This document shows positions 37,252-49,276 of a stretch of DNA of 63,239 nt, piece after piece; positions within the stretch are counted from its first letter, which is position 1; the number at the start of each line of letters is the position of its first letter. A program made the translations under genes and the position numbers. Where the stretch lies: positions 6,557,561-6,620,799 of the forward strand of contig NC_068991.1 of the NCBI RefSeq assembly GCF_001194135.2, given 5' to 3'. This DNA is from Octopus bimaculoides (Eukaryota). The notes under the pieces were generated by a model, which made no database searches, was not told the DNA's origin, and saw only the letters and a list, made by a program, of their open reading frames with translations.

Positions 37252-37957
37252 CTGCGAAAAAGAAAAAAGGAATTTACAAATAAAGGAAAACTATTTGATA
37301 CTTGTATAATTTGAACTATATTATGCTCAATTATGACTGAAAAATCTGGGGTGTGACTTAGACACAGGGCAAAAATAAAACTATGAAGGGCTGAATCACG
37401 GTCAGGCTTGGAATGAGACAGGTACAGCTGTTTAGACTCTGACGATATGGCATGGTGGAGTGGACATTCAACCTGCTTTGGTGTCAATATTGGCGGCAAA
37501 CACACAAACCTACACATACAGACAGAGGGAGATGGGGAGAGAAAGAAAGAGAGAGATTAAAACACCTGCTGCTAAAAAGGTCAGGACCAAATCAGTGATG
37601 CCAAAATAAGTAATGCTTAACATTTTTGAGACACATGGTGTTTTGGTATGTGTAACCAAAAATGGCCAAAATGTTTTTTCCTATTGAGATACATCTACTG
37701 AAAGACAATCTCTAATTAGCTATTACACTTCAAAACCAACCATTCACAACATTTGTTCCAACGGGCCGATGGACCAGCCTCAGAGTCCTTTCAGCTTGTA
37801 TCACATGGGCTGGTCAATCAGCCTGGGTGTCCCAAGAGGGTTACATATCAGTACCTGAACAATTCCTACCCGGGCTAGGCTGGGTATAACCAAGAAAATA
37901 ACCATTTTGTTAAAGAATGAAAACTAATATTATCAAACAGCAAAATAAGGAGTTTAC

Positions 37958-38032
37958 CATTCTTGTTATAAGGTATTTGATATTCTTTGATTTGTCTTCA
38001 TTTTTGGATCGTTTCAGTTTCTTCTTAAGAAC
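37958..38032 (-). CDS. RRP36: RRP36 exon 7 (VLKKKLKRSKNEDKSKNIKYLITRM)
   Basis: CAG/GTAAAC sites, 75 nt, phase 0 to 0. Confidence 0.85.
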
Positions 38033-39336
38033 CTGTGAGTGAAACAAAATTAAGAATTATTCCTTTGAAATCAGGAGTATTTTCTGCAGTAGACTTTTTA
38101 AATCATAAAAACAATGGTAAATTTCATTCTTATGGCTACCAAAAGAAAGTATCGTTATTAGAAATATAGCATTCTGAAGTCATCATTTAACATCCGCTTT
38201 CTATGCTGGCATGGGTCGGATAGGTTGATAGGAGTTGGTAAGTCAAAATATAGCCCTGAGCCAACCAAAGCTTTGTGAGGGCTTTTGGTAAATGCAAACT
38301 GAAAGGAGCTGGTCGTATATGTATATATGTGCCACCTTGTCTTGGCACTGTGTGAAAGTTGCACATGGCCGATAGTCATACAAGTGATGTTATTTGTTCC
38401 AATCTCCTATGTTAACACATTCAGCCATGGGAAAACACTTCCTTCCTTGGAAACAGGTGACAGGAAGTGCATTCATCTGTAGAAAATCTACCTCAACAAA
38501 TTTCAACTGACCCATGATTGCATGGAAAAAGTAGACAGTAAAACAATGATGATGATCATCATGTTAGACACCCTCATCATATCAATGTGGATCAGTATGG
38601 ATTTTATAAATTTGGCATGTAAAAAGCACCGTTCGAGTGTTGGGCCTCATGGAGGCAGTGACAGGTGACCAAGACCTTTGGCGATACACTGTGCTTGTGT
38701 TGACCTGTTAAGCCAAGTAAGACCGTAGTCATGGCTGATACTGGTATCAGGTTAATTGTACCTGTGCCATGTAAAAAACACCCACTACACTCTCGGAGAG
38801 GTTGGCATTAGGAAGGGCACCCAGTCGTAGAAACCTTGCCAAATCAGATTGGAACCTGGTGCAGCCTCCTGGTTTACCAGTTTTCAATCAAACCGTCCAA
38901 CCTATGCCAGCATGGAAAAGTGGATGTTAAATGATGACGATGATGACATTAGGTGCAAACAAACATATTTACTGATTAGAGCATGAAATCACTAAAGAAT
39001 ATTCATCATCATCATTTAACATCGGTTTTCTATGCTGGCATGGGTTGGACAGATTGACAGGCACTGGCAAAGACAGGTTCCATAGCCTGTTTTGGCATGG
39101 TTTCTACAGCTTGATGCCCTAATGTCAACCACTTTATAGGGTGTACTGGGTGCTTTCTATGTGGCACCAGGACCAGTAGTGTATAAAAGTAAAAGAAATA
39201 TTTAATTGGATGTGGCGAATACTTTTCAAGTCTGCATGGTTAAAAAGGATTGCCATGCAATCATGTGGTTCCAAGTTCAATCTCACTGCACAGCACTAAA
39301 AATGAAGATGATGATGATGAAAAAGAAAAACAATAC

Positions 39337-39441
39337 CTTCAACTCTTGTTCTTTATAATCATCAATAAATGAATAAGCCTTCTTGAAAAAATCTTCATTG
39401 TAGTTTCCCGATAAGTCATCAAATCTTGGATCTCTGTATGC
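39337..39441 (-). CDS. RRP36: RRP36 exon 6 (AYRDPRFDDLSGNYNEDFFKKAYSFIDDYKEQELK)
   Basis: Signature RDPRFDDLSG.Y motif; TAG/GTATTG sites, 105 nt. Confidence 0.93.
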
Positions 39442-39983
39442 CTAAGGTTGAAGAAATATAAAACCAAAATGGAAAAGAAACATGGTTACTTCTGAGATTA
39501 TGATGAAGAATCTGATTGAAGATAGTAAACGAGAGAGCAAAACTAAATGTTTTCAGAAGCAGTAATGGTAGTGTTGCTTTAATGAATCAGGTACAGGCAC
39601 AGCTGTGTGGTTGAGAGGCTTGCTTCTCAACTATGTGGTCTTGGGTTCAGTCTTGTTATACAGCACCTTGGACAAATGTCTTCTACTATAGCCTTGGGTC
39701 AACCAAAGTTTTGTAGGTGGATTTGGTAAACAGAATCTGAAAGAAACCTGCTGGGTTCGGCTGCTCTACATTGACAAGGGCAACACCTCGAAACTAGTCT
39801 GTAGATGCCAGACCAGCAAGGGGAAGCGGCTGACCTCCCCTGTTCGAAGGTTATAAAGGACACAGGTTCGTGTGTCACATAGCTAGCTAGAGGCGATGGC
39901 CTCTTGGAGCTAATCAACGGCAGCATTCATCCTATTTTTTGGACTGCCATGTTGGCTTGGCGATAACTATTAATATATAAATA

Positions 39984-40112
39984 TATGAGGGGTGCTGAAT
40001 AGTTCCTTGCTTTGGGTAACAGTAAATACAGGAGAATCAGTTAATTATGATTTTATTTAACATATTCTGAGATACCCTTAAAATCAGGAACTTTTCAGCA
40101 CCCCCTCACATA
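39984..40112. mobile_element. Mariner-type MITE
   Basis: TIRs tatgaggggtgctgaatagttcc / ggaacttttcagcaccccctcacata with TA ends; same TIR family as 2966-3118 and 46112-46321. Confidence 0.75.
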
Positions 40113-40384
40113 CATGTGTGTGTACGCCCTTATCCAGACATCACATGATGGTTGTAAAGAAGATTATCATCATCCAAACAATTTATTTCATTTCCAGTCT
40201 TCCAGAGAAAACATGTCTGGCCTTGGGGGAGATATTACCTTGCTTGGAAAGAGGTGACAGGAAAAGCATCTGGCCATATATAAACCTGCCTAAACAAATT
40301 TCGTCTGACCCATGCAAGTATAGAAATATGGATGATAATAGAAGTTTGATTTAAAACAAAGATAAATATAAAAAAAAAAAATAC

Positions 40385-40451
40385 CTTTTTCCGAACTGGA
40401 ACTACATGTCTTAATGTGGATACTGGCTTCTTAGAGGACATTTCCAGTGGC
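40385..40451 (-). CDS. RRP36: RRP36 exon 5 (PLEMSSKKPVSTLRHVVPVRKK)
   Basis: Conserved PLEMS.K..V..LR.VV motif; CAG/GTATT sites, 67 nt, phase 2 to 0. Confidence 0.92.
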
Positions 40452-40898
40452 CTGTTAACGATAGAATAATTGAAATAAAGAGGTGTACCAGTGATATGAC
40501 ACTCATTATCAATTAACAAAATGATTGAGAATAGCATTTAATTAATACAAAATCTATGTAGCCTGTCACCTAATTGTGACATCAGTGACTTTTTAATCAG
40601 TTTTTCTGCATCAGTAATGGCTGATTTTGTCTTAGCATGCAGTTACCAGTGGATATTTTCTACTGACGAAGTCTAAAGATGCAGAAATGCACATTTAGCA
40701 ATGCCATCATCTCTGCCAGATGATTTTCATTTATGACTGATATATTTCTGTTTTTTTTTAACATTGTACATATGTAAGAGTTACTATACTACAGTAAATT
40801 AGGCTTTCAACAATATATCTGCTTTAAGTATGATACACAGATTGCTAAAGTAATTTGTTTTTGCTTTTGAAAATGCTTAACCATAGCAGCATACTTAC

Positions 40899-40967
40899 TG
40901 GTTTTTGGTTATTGGTTTCTTTTCTTTCTTTGTCTTTCTTTTGTGTTTGCGATAGATTTTATTAAAC
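40899..40967 (-). CDS. RRP36: RRP36 exon 4 (FNKIYRKHKRKTKKEKKPITKN)
   Basis: CAG/GTAAGT sites, 69 nt, phase 2 to 2, joins exons 3 and 5 in frame. Confidence 0.8.
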
Positions 40968-41985
40968 CTGAATATCAAAATGAATACAGCTGAAGTAAAT
41001 ATTGATTTCTAACACAGACACAAGACTACAAATTTTGGGGGAGGGCGATATAGTTGAGTAAACTGACCACCCCACCCCCAATATTTGACTGGTACTTCAT
41101 CAAAATACTTATTTTTATTTTTTTACTTGAAGTAGTTTACTTTATTGATATTGAAGTAAATCTTAACAGAGAAAAGAGATATACAAGTTATAACATCACA
41201 AGCTAGCAAATGTTAAAAATACAATGCTATGGCAGTAGCATGGAAACCATTCCTGTTCTCTTTATTTCTTTAAACTGACAGGAATATATTACTTTAGTGT
41301 TTCAACTAAATATAAAAACACCGTTTTCAATGATGTTTATAACTGAACCACCTAAGTGAATAAAGATGCTGTATTCTCATGATAAGCTACAAATGAAAAA
41401 AAAAAATTTAGTAATATACACCAAATCAATCACTTCAAAAGACTTCCAACACTTATTTATTAAATACCAATATGTCATTAATTAACATCCCTTTTTCTAT
41501 GCTGACAGGAGTTGGATGGTTTGATAGGAGTTGGCAAGCCAGAGGACTATACCAAGCTCGTACTCCCACTTTGACATGGCTCCTACAGCTGGATGCTCTT
41601 CATAATGTCAATCACTTTATAGAGTTGTAATGTTTATTATCAGTCAGTTTTACTTATCACTGTTTAGCATGCCCCCTCTGTACTTTACAGAGTGTACTGG
41701 GTGCTATTTTTGGTGGTACCAGTACTAGTGAGGTCACCAAGTATTTGCAAGACAAGATCTCTCAACTGACTGAAGTACAGTACTGAAGGAAGTAAAAATG
41801 ATAGAGAGACAGAAAAAGTGGCTTGCTGAATGGGTGAATACACAGATTCCCCTGCATACTCTCTCTCTTTTCCTCACTTTCATTCTCCCAGAGGGAGAAT
41901 AAAGGTGAGGGAGGGAGACAGAGAGAGAGAGAGAATGAATCAAAGAGCGAAAGATGGTGATGGTACAATTATTATGACTACTTAC

Positions 41986-42046
41986 ATTGTAATTCCAATT
42001 TTGCCTTTAAGTTTCTGCAATTCTTCAAAACTCATTTCAGACATTT
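41986..42046 (-). CDS. RRP36: RRP36 exon 3 (EMSEMSFEELQKLKGKIGITM)
   Basis: Conserved MSFEEL..L motif; TAG/GTAAGT sites, 61 nt, phase 1 to 2. Confidence 0.88.
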
Positions 42047-43442
42047 CTAGAATAATGAAAATGAGAAATTTTATATTTTTATAAATAAGTCAATAAAGTT
42101 AAAAAATTTAGAAAATATAAAAAAAAGACAAAAAAAAAATGTATGTAGCTACGATTTCAATAACTTAAAGTAATAAAATACTTCCTACACATTTAAATTT
42201 GTAAAGTTGACTTTCATAACAAAGTTTAAAATAAACTAGTTTCATTCAAAATTGATAATATTTATTATTACTTTTATTTGTAAAAATGGTAGGCACAGAT
42301 GTGGCGGTGTGGTCAAGTTTTCCTCCAAACTACATGGTTTTGCATTCAATTCCAGTGCAGGGTTCCTTAGGTAAATGTTTACTACCATAGCTTAGGATTG
42401 TCCCAAGCTATATGAATGACAGAAACCTGCCAGGCTTATTTATTTTGTTGCTTGGTTTAACCCCTCACCCCCTGCATGATACATGCCCTTGGCATAACTG
42501 GAAGAGTCCATTCTGTTACAAGCATCCGAATAAGGTCTCCAGTCTGAAGATAACTCAATAGCTTAGTGCACTGCTTTATACTGCAGCACACGAGTTGTTC
42601 CTTCCTTTTCCGTCACAAGTCTCAGAGGCCCGTTAATCCTAAACAGTCTAAAGTCTGCAGGCCCTTAATTTGGAGCATATTCTAGTTTCCATGGACTGTA
42701 AGTAATGGAGAATACAGTCTTGTCCTGAAATGGGATGCCAATCCATCACAGCCTATTCTTATATATATATCGAAGAGTGTAGGCTTGAAACATCAAAGAC
42801 TTTTGTATTTTTCCTGAGCATCAAACTAATACACCTACTTGTTATTTTCTGTATATTTGAATGGTGTGTGTGTGTGTATATATATATACATATATATATA
42901 CATATACTGTTCTGGTATTGGTGAGATTAACAAATAAAGTACTCCATCCAATGAGAGATAAATATCATTTAATGTACACGGGATTTAAGTTCGATTTACT
43001 ATTAGTTTCATACAGTGAAAACAAGTTAGTGCAGCCATGTTATATATATGAGTCTCAGAGATTGCTTGGAATCACAAGGCACGCTATACAAGCTTTTCTG
43101 ACCATCGCGTTTTCACAGCATGAAACTACATATAAAAAAAAATCAAAACAAATTGTTTATAGAAAAAAAAATGTTTAAATGATTAAAATGACACAGAAGG
43201 TTTTAGGTACTTTCCTATTATCGACAACTAATAATTAAACTGTAGAGCAATCATTCAATTCCTCGCCCCTTTCTTTCTCTATGGGATAGTGACAGTTATT
43301 CCGAAAGTCCGCCGATCAACAATTACACCCGCCTTACAAACGTAATATTTTACTACTAATCCTTTGGTAAAAAAAAAAAAAAAAATTGTATGTCGTTAAT
43401 AAGAAAGTACTAATTTATAAGTATTTTGAATGTTATACATAC

Positions 43443-43458
43443 CTTTCCGAACGGTGTC
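43443..43458 (-). CDS. RRP36: RRP36 candidate 16-nt micro-exon (DTVRK+G)
   Basis: First AG after a long pyrimidine tract, GTATGT donor. Its phase 0 to 1 is exactly what joins the ATG-only exon to exon 3. Confidence 0.6.
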
Positions 43459-44046
43459 CTTTTAGTAGTTAAAGGCAAGCAAGATAAGCCATGAAAAGAA
43501 AGAAAAAAACTGCTTTATTACGGTTCACTAAATGTTTTGAAGTAAAACATTTAAAGAATGATCCCCCCACCTCACCTTTTTTTTCACCGAATACTGATCG
43601 ATTAAATATAACTTTAGTATGGCAATAACAAATCGTTAAGCAATCTAAACTTCTTTATCGATGAACTTTTCTTGAATAGTACCGAACTTATAAATATGTC
43701 ACAGAATATGGCAATATCGTTAATATAACATCGCCGTATAATGCACTAGATAGTGTTGTTTAGTCTCAGATCAACTATGAATGTTTGAGTATTCCATTTA
43801 TGACCATCCCACCTCTTAAGGTGTATCTATGAGCATCTTCGCATTTTTAAGACGAAGTTGTAATTTGAGGAAGTTTTGATTGCTAATTATTTTCAATTTT
43901 GAAGTATGGTTTTAACATGTATACAAATACGAAGGTTGAATGCTATAGTTATTAAGTTTCCTTAAATCTTCGAAAAGATTTGTGTATTTAGACAACAAAT
44001 AAGATTATAACAAGGAAAATTAAAACGACAAAATCTCAGAACTCAC

Positions 44047-44049
44047 CAT
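44047..44049 (-). CDS. RRP36: RRP36 first exon, coding part (ATG only)
   Basis: …ccaatATG|GTGAGT: ATG immediately followed by a consensus donor, in a CpG-rich promoter-like region. Confidence 0.65.
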
Positions 44050-44106
44050 ATTGGAATCTGTTGTCACGAACAAGTGCCCTGTCGCTTAGAACATAAAATT
44101 AATCTT

Positions 44107-44140
<34 letters not shown>

Positions 44141-44381
44141 TTATTTATCTAATTTCAATATATAAAACATCTAAATTTGTATGATATTTAAACTCATTAA
44201 AATATTTATATAATTGCAAAGTACATATATTTTCATTTTTTTAAATAATTTTCAATTTATAGAAAAATTTTCTGTTTTTTCTTTAATACCTAAGCGACCT
44301 GAGTAGGTCATGCCTAAACTTGTATAAAAAGGCGGGAATTGTGGAAGATGTTTAAATGAGTTGCGATTTTCTTACGGGACA
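44050..44381. promoter_or_regulatory. Putative bidirectional promoter RRP36/GINS1
   Basis: 332 bp between divergent start codons; contains (TA)15 at 44109-44138, TATAAAA at 44323-44329 and E2F-like GGCGGGAA at 44331-44338. Confidence 0.7.
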
Positions 44382-44456
44382 ATGTTGGGTAACAAAGCTT
44401 TGGAACTGATTAAGGAACTTTCTAGAGCTTCTAGCGGGACTTTATCATCATACAAT
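44382..44456 (+). CDS. GINS1: GINS1/PSF1 exon 1 (MLGNKALELIKELSRASSGTLSSYN)
   Basis: Matches M..EKAMELIRELHR; 75 nt, GTAAGT donor. Confidence 0.93.
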
Positions 44457-44561
44457 GTAAGTTAAGCCATATTTATATTAACCCCATGTGTTTTATTATT
44501 ATTATTTAGTTTCAGGGCTGTCTCTAGTGTGAAGACTTCTGATCAAATGTAGCCCATCTCT

Positions 44562-44850
44562 TTTACTTGTTTCAGTCATTTGACTGCGGCCATGCTAGAG
44601 CACCGCCTTTAGTCGAGCAAATCGACCCCAGGACTTATTCTTTGTACGCCTAGTACTTATTCTATTGATCTTTTTCTGAACCGCTAAGTTACGGGGACGT
44701 AGACACTCCACCATCGGTTGTCAAGCGATGTATACGACAGGCTTCTTTCAGTTTCCGTCTACCAAATCCACTCACAAGGCTTTGGTCGGCCCTAGGCTAT
44801 AGTAGAAGACACTTGCCTAAGGTGCCACGCTGTGGGAATGAACCCGAAAC
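44562..44850 (-). mobile_element. SINE family B copy in GINS1 intron 1
   Basis: Reverse-complement match to 7339-7765; 5' end truncated. Confidence 0.85.
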
Positions 44851-44869
44851 TGCATTAGCCCCTAAAAGT

Positions 44870-45110
44870 CAGTGGTTCCCAATCATTTTCTACCTATGGA
44901 CTTCTTTGATTTCTCTTTTGCTCAGNNNNNNNNNNTTAAAAAAAATTCTGTTATATTTTTATAATTAAATATTATTAGGAATTATATTAAAAAATCGTTA
45001 AAATATTTTGTGTATTGGAGAAGTATAAACGATTTATTGCAGATAAATTTTAACAACAAAAATCTTGAATGGATCCCACAAGGGTTATGTGGACACCATT
45101 TGAGAATCCC
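44870..45110. mobile_element. hAT-type MITE (cagtggttc… TIR family)
   Basis: Left TIR cagtggttcccaa; AT-rich body similar to 18430-18635; related end at 27296-27362. Confidence 0.6.
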
Positions 45111-45557
45111 TCACTGAAGTTGTAATTCAGGTGCCCTGTTACTATATTATTCTTCCTTATAGACCCATGTTCTATTCCCCCCCCCCTCATCAAACTGCTC
45201 TCCCTTCTTTCATACTTTAACCTTCATCTAGCACAAAACCCCATCATGTTTCATAGTCTTGCGAGCCACATAGTAACTTCTCTAGTGTATGAAAATAGCA
45301 CCCAGTCCACACTGTCAAGTGGTTGGCATTAGGAAAGTCATCCAACCATAAAAACCATACCAAAACAGACACCGGTTCTCAATGCAGATCGGATCCTGTC
45401 AAACCATCCAACCCATGCTAGCATGGAACATGGACGTTAAATAATGCTGAGGAGGAGGATGACATGTAGATCATGGCAAAATAAAGAATTGAATGTTTTT
45501 TTGTGCGAAATTCTTTGAAGTATTTTGTTATTTGGAATTTGGTATTATTTTCTGTAG

Positions 45558-45622
45558 GAGGATTGCATCCGGCAGATACTTGATGAAATGAAAACACTTT
45601 ATGAACTTAACCAGAAAGATGT
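45558..45622 (+). CDS. GINS1: GINS1 exon 2 (EDCIRQILDEMKTLYELNQKDV)
   Basis: TAG/GTAAGT, 65 nt; matches ED.LRQVLEEMKALYEQNQ.DV. Confidence 0.93.
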
Positions 45623-46111
45623 GTAAGTTACCCATTTTTGGTAATAGCTGATTTTTGCTTTATTTTCAATATTTTCAAAGTCATCTTCAAATAAATTTCA
45701 ACATTGAACAGTATTGTTAAGCAAGTCACACAACTCAACTTATTGAGCTAATAATATTAATAGTAATCCCGAGTATGACTTTAACCCTTCAGCATTTAAA
45801 CTGACCATATCCGATCCAAATATTCTACCTGTTTTCTGTTCAAACTGGCCAGATCAAGCCTCTTGCACCTAGTCTACAATGTCATTCTAAAAATGAACAA
45901 TCACATCATTGAAATTTTGAATCTAAGAGATAATGTGTAATTAACTGAAAACGGCATAAATGATCTGAATAATGTAAATGCTAAAGGGTTGAACTGCATC
46001 TGGTGGTGGGTCCCTGGTTTGGTAGTTTCAGGGTTTTGAAGAGTGTGGAACCATCTCCTGGCCACTGCTCCCATGTCTACTCTGACCGAGAGTGGTAGCA
46101 TCTGTCAGGGC

Positions 46112-46321
46112 TTGAAAAGTTCCTGGCTTTACGGGGATCCTGAAGGGCTTCGTTGGAGGCCCAACATTGCAAGTTCTTTTTACAGGACTTAGAAAAACTG
46201 AAGGACTGCTGCAATAAGTGTGTGAATCTGAGAGAGGAATATGTTGAATAAAATCATAATTAACCGATCCTCTTGTATTTTCTTTTACCCAGAGCCAGAA
46301 ACTTTTCAGCACCCCCTCGTA
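46112..46321 (+). mobile_element. Mariner-derived MITE with transposase C-terminal remnant
   Basis: 46171-46251 reads KFFLQDLEKLKDCCNKCVNLREEYVE*, followed by the right TIR acttttcagcaccccctcgta. Confidence 0.75.
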
Positions 46322-46543
46322 TATGAATGTAAATTATTTCTGTATTTAGTTTACGAGTGTGATGGGTTTTGTTGGTAAATGAAAATGCTTTTCTTGGGCT
46401 GTGTGAAGAAGTAAATTAACAACATTCACAAACAATTAACAGAATCTTTATTACACAAATATCCACTCCTGCGAATGGATATTTTCTGTACGATCTGTGA
46501 TTTTCTTCATATTAATTGGCAACTATTTCCCATCTCATCCTAG

Positions 46544-46639
46544 GAACGACACTGTTGCCGGAGAAGCTGGTTTGTTCTCCAGTGTGCAGGTCCGTCATGC
46601 TGCTCTTGAAAGAAACAAACGATGTCTTCTAACTTACTT
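46544..46639 (+). CDS. GINS1: GINS1 exon 3 (NDTVAGEAGLFSSVQVRHAALERNKRCLLTYL)
   Basis: TAG/GTAAAT, 96 nt; conserved RH..L.RN.RC..AYL. Confidence 0.93.
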
Positions 46640-47280
46640 GTAAATATACCTTTTATTTTTTTTACCATTTACTTGTTTCAGTCATTGGACTGTGGCCATG
46701 CTGGGGCATGGCTTTGTAGATTTTGTTGAACAAATTGATCAGAGTTTTTTTTTTTTTGGTCCCCCCCCCCCAGTCTGGTACTTGTTCTGTCAGTCTCTTT
46801 TCCTGAAATCTTAAATTCTGGGAATATAAACAAACCAACACTGGTTGGGGAACAGACACAGTGATACGCTCACTATATGTGTGTGTGTGTTTGTGTATAT
46901 GCTCCCAAACATAAACACATATATAACAAATATCAGGATTGGGTACTGAGTTGTGTTCTTGAGCAAACACTTCATTTCTCATTGCTCCAGTCCACTCAGC
47001 TGGCAAAAATCAGTACTCCTGCGAAGGACCGATGTCCTGTCCAAGGAGGAGAGACATGTGCCACAGAATCTAGGTAACTGGCCTTATGGCTTGAGAAATA
47101 ACTTTGATCCTTCTAAAAATATAAAAAAAAGAAGTGAGAGATTCACTCATAAGTCTTTGGTTGGCCCAGTGCTATAAAAGAAGACACTTTGCCTAAGGTG
47201 CCCTGAAACCACATGGTTGGAAAGCAAACTTCTTTCCACACAACCATACCAACACCTGTGCATATTAATGAACAGAAACT

Positions 47281-47448
47281 TACTGTATTTTAACGTGTAT
47301 AACGGACCCCTTATTTTTGGGGCTTGAAATTTGGAAAAAAGGTTTTGTAAGGGATTATAATACTATCCATGTATAAAAAAAACTCCCATATTTTTTAACC
47401 TAATTTTTGACAAAAAAAAGGGTTCCTTATACATGTTAAAATACAATA
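47281..47448. mobile_element. Tc1/pogo-type MITE
   Basis: ~29-bp imperfect TIRs tactgtattttaacgtgtataacggaccc / gggttccttatacatgttaaaatacaata with TA ends. Confidence 0.75.
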
Positions 47449-47516
47449 TGTCAAATCTTTGTTTTGCATGCAACAGACTTTGTATAAATAACTGCTACCG
47501 TTTTCTGTATCTGCAG

Positions 47517-47607
47517 GTATAGAAGACTAAGGAATATCCAACAAATGCGCTGGGAATTTGGTAGTGTTCTTCCTGCTGAGATCCGTTACAATATGTGTGA
47601 ACGTGAG
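47517..47607 (+). CDS. GINS1: GINS1 exon 4 (YRRLRNIQQMRWEFGSVLPAEIRYNMCERE)
   Basis: CAG/GTAAGT, 91 nt; conserved RWE.GSVLP. Confidence 0.94.
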
Positions 47608-47663
47608 GTAAGTGGTTTCAAGCAGTTGTCTAATGTGACCCATGAAATGTGCATATACACCTC

Positions 47664-48020
47664 TTTTACTTGTTTCAGTCATTTGACTGTGGCCATGCTG
47701 GAGCACTGCCTTTAGTCGAGCAAATCGACCCCAGGACTTATTCTTTGGATGCCTAGTACTTACACTATCGGTCTCTTTTGCCAAACTGCTAAGTTACGGG
47801 GACGTAAACACACCAGCCTCGGTTGTCAAGCGATGTTGGGGGCACAAACACAGACACACAAGCATATACATACATACATACATATATATGTATACATATA
47901 TACGACAGGCTTCTTTCAGTTTCCGTCTACCAAATCCACTGACAAGGCTTTGTTTGGCCCGAGGCTATAGTAGAAGACACTTGCCCAAGGTGCCACGCAG
48001 TGGGACTGAACCCGAAACTG
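47664..48020 (-). mobile_element. SINE family B copy in GINS1 intron 4
   Basis: Reverse-complement match to 7339-7765; truncated at the same point as 44562-44850. Confidence 0.85.
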
Positions 48021-49159
48021 CATTAGCCCCTAAAAGTCAGTGGTTCCCAATCATTTTCTGGGTTCATTCTTCTGCAGGAGACAGTGCATTTATGTACCTG
48101 GAAAGCCTCGGAAGCTGATTTCAACTGGGAATGAGGCCACATGCTACCCCTTGTGCCTTGTTGACCTGTCTAACTGGAAAGCTGACTTCTACAGGGAATG
48201 GGGCCATGTACAATCCCTTGTTGACCAAGTCCTGGTATTTTTCTTTTTCTTTTTTTAGCTGGTGAGGAATGTTGAATCTGTCCTCCAAGGCATTATAACT
48301 TCAACCAGAATGATTTTTTTTATTCGCTGCTGGAGAACAGGACCGTATCTACTGCTTATTTCATGGTATTTCAGACTCATTAAATCTAAATTCAATGTAG
48401 ATTATTTGTAAACTAGGGGAGATCACTTTTCACCAATCAATGTAAAATATTCAAAATACTGCATTTGATTCAACCAATCAGTATAGATTAAAATTTTGTC
48501 GGGAATAAATGCATAAACTGTAATCGGTAATTTTGGTTGGTTGATTAAAAATGTCGATCATTTATTTTTTAACAAATTTATTTTCCAAGTTAGCCTTGAA
48601 ACTAAGTATTTCAGAATTCCTAGTTTCACATACCTGCTGCAAACATCGAAGTTAGTATTGATGTGTACGGTTTTAAATAAGTTCATTAAAAAGAAATATG
48701 AAATGAAAAAGAAAAACAAAAATCAATGGTTAATATATTTTCCTGCATGTATGGGAGACAACTCTCAATATGTTTCAGTCTTAGTTTCACCTCTTTAGCA
48801 AAGCATTTCTTATGCTGTACTTGCCAAAATAGTGATGAACAAATCATGAAGCAAATATACAAATTTGAGTGTAGGAAAGTAAAATTTAGAAATTAAATAA
48901 TTCAAAAATGTTAAATCGCTTCCTTCTGTTTCTTTCCCAACTTTCATATTTCTATGTTGCTGCTGTCTTTGCAGCAATGTTCAGACTTCTGTCTTGGACT
49001 GTTGTAGCTTCAGAGCATATGACCTTTATATGTAACACCTTAACTTCTTTTCTATTTTACCAAATCCTTCCAAATTGTTGATTATTTCATTAAAAATATG
49101 GTTGTGAAAGGATCAAATCCCAGCTTAATTACCCTCTTAATGTTTTTTTCTTTTCCCAG

Positions 49160-49276
49160 GTGCAATGGTTTAACCGATATAACAAGATGTTAGCAACCTA
49201 CATGCGAAATATTGCTGGTGGTATCGGACTCGACCTTACTCAGGACATACAACCTCCTAAAAGCTTATATATAGAG
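49160..49276 (+). CDS. GINS1: GINS1 exon 5 ([39 protein letters not shown])
   Basis: CAG/GTATTT, 117 nt; conserved [14 protein letters not shown]. Confidence 0.95.
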
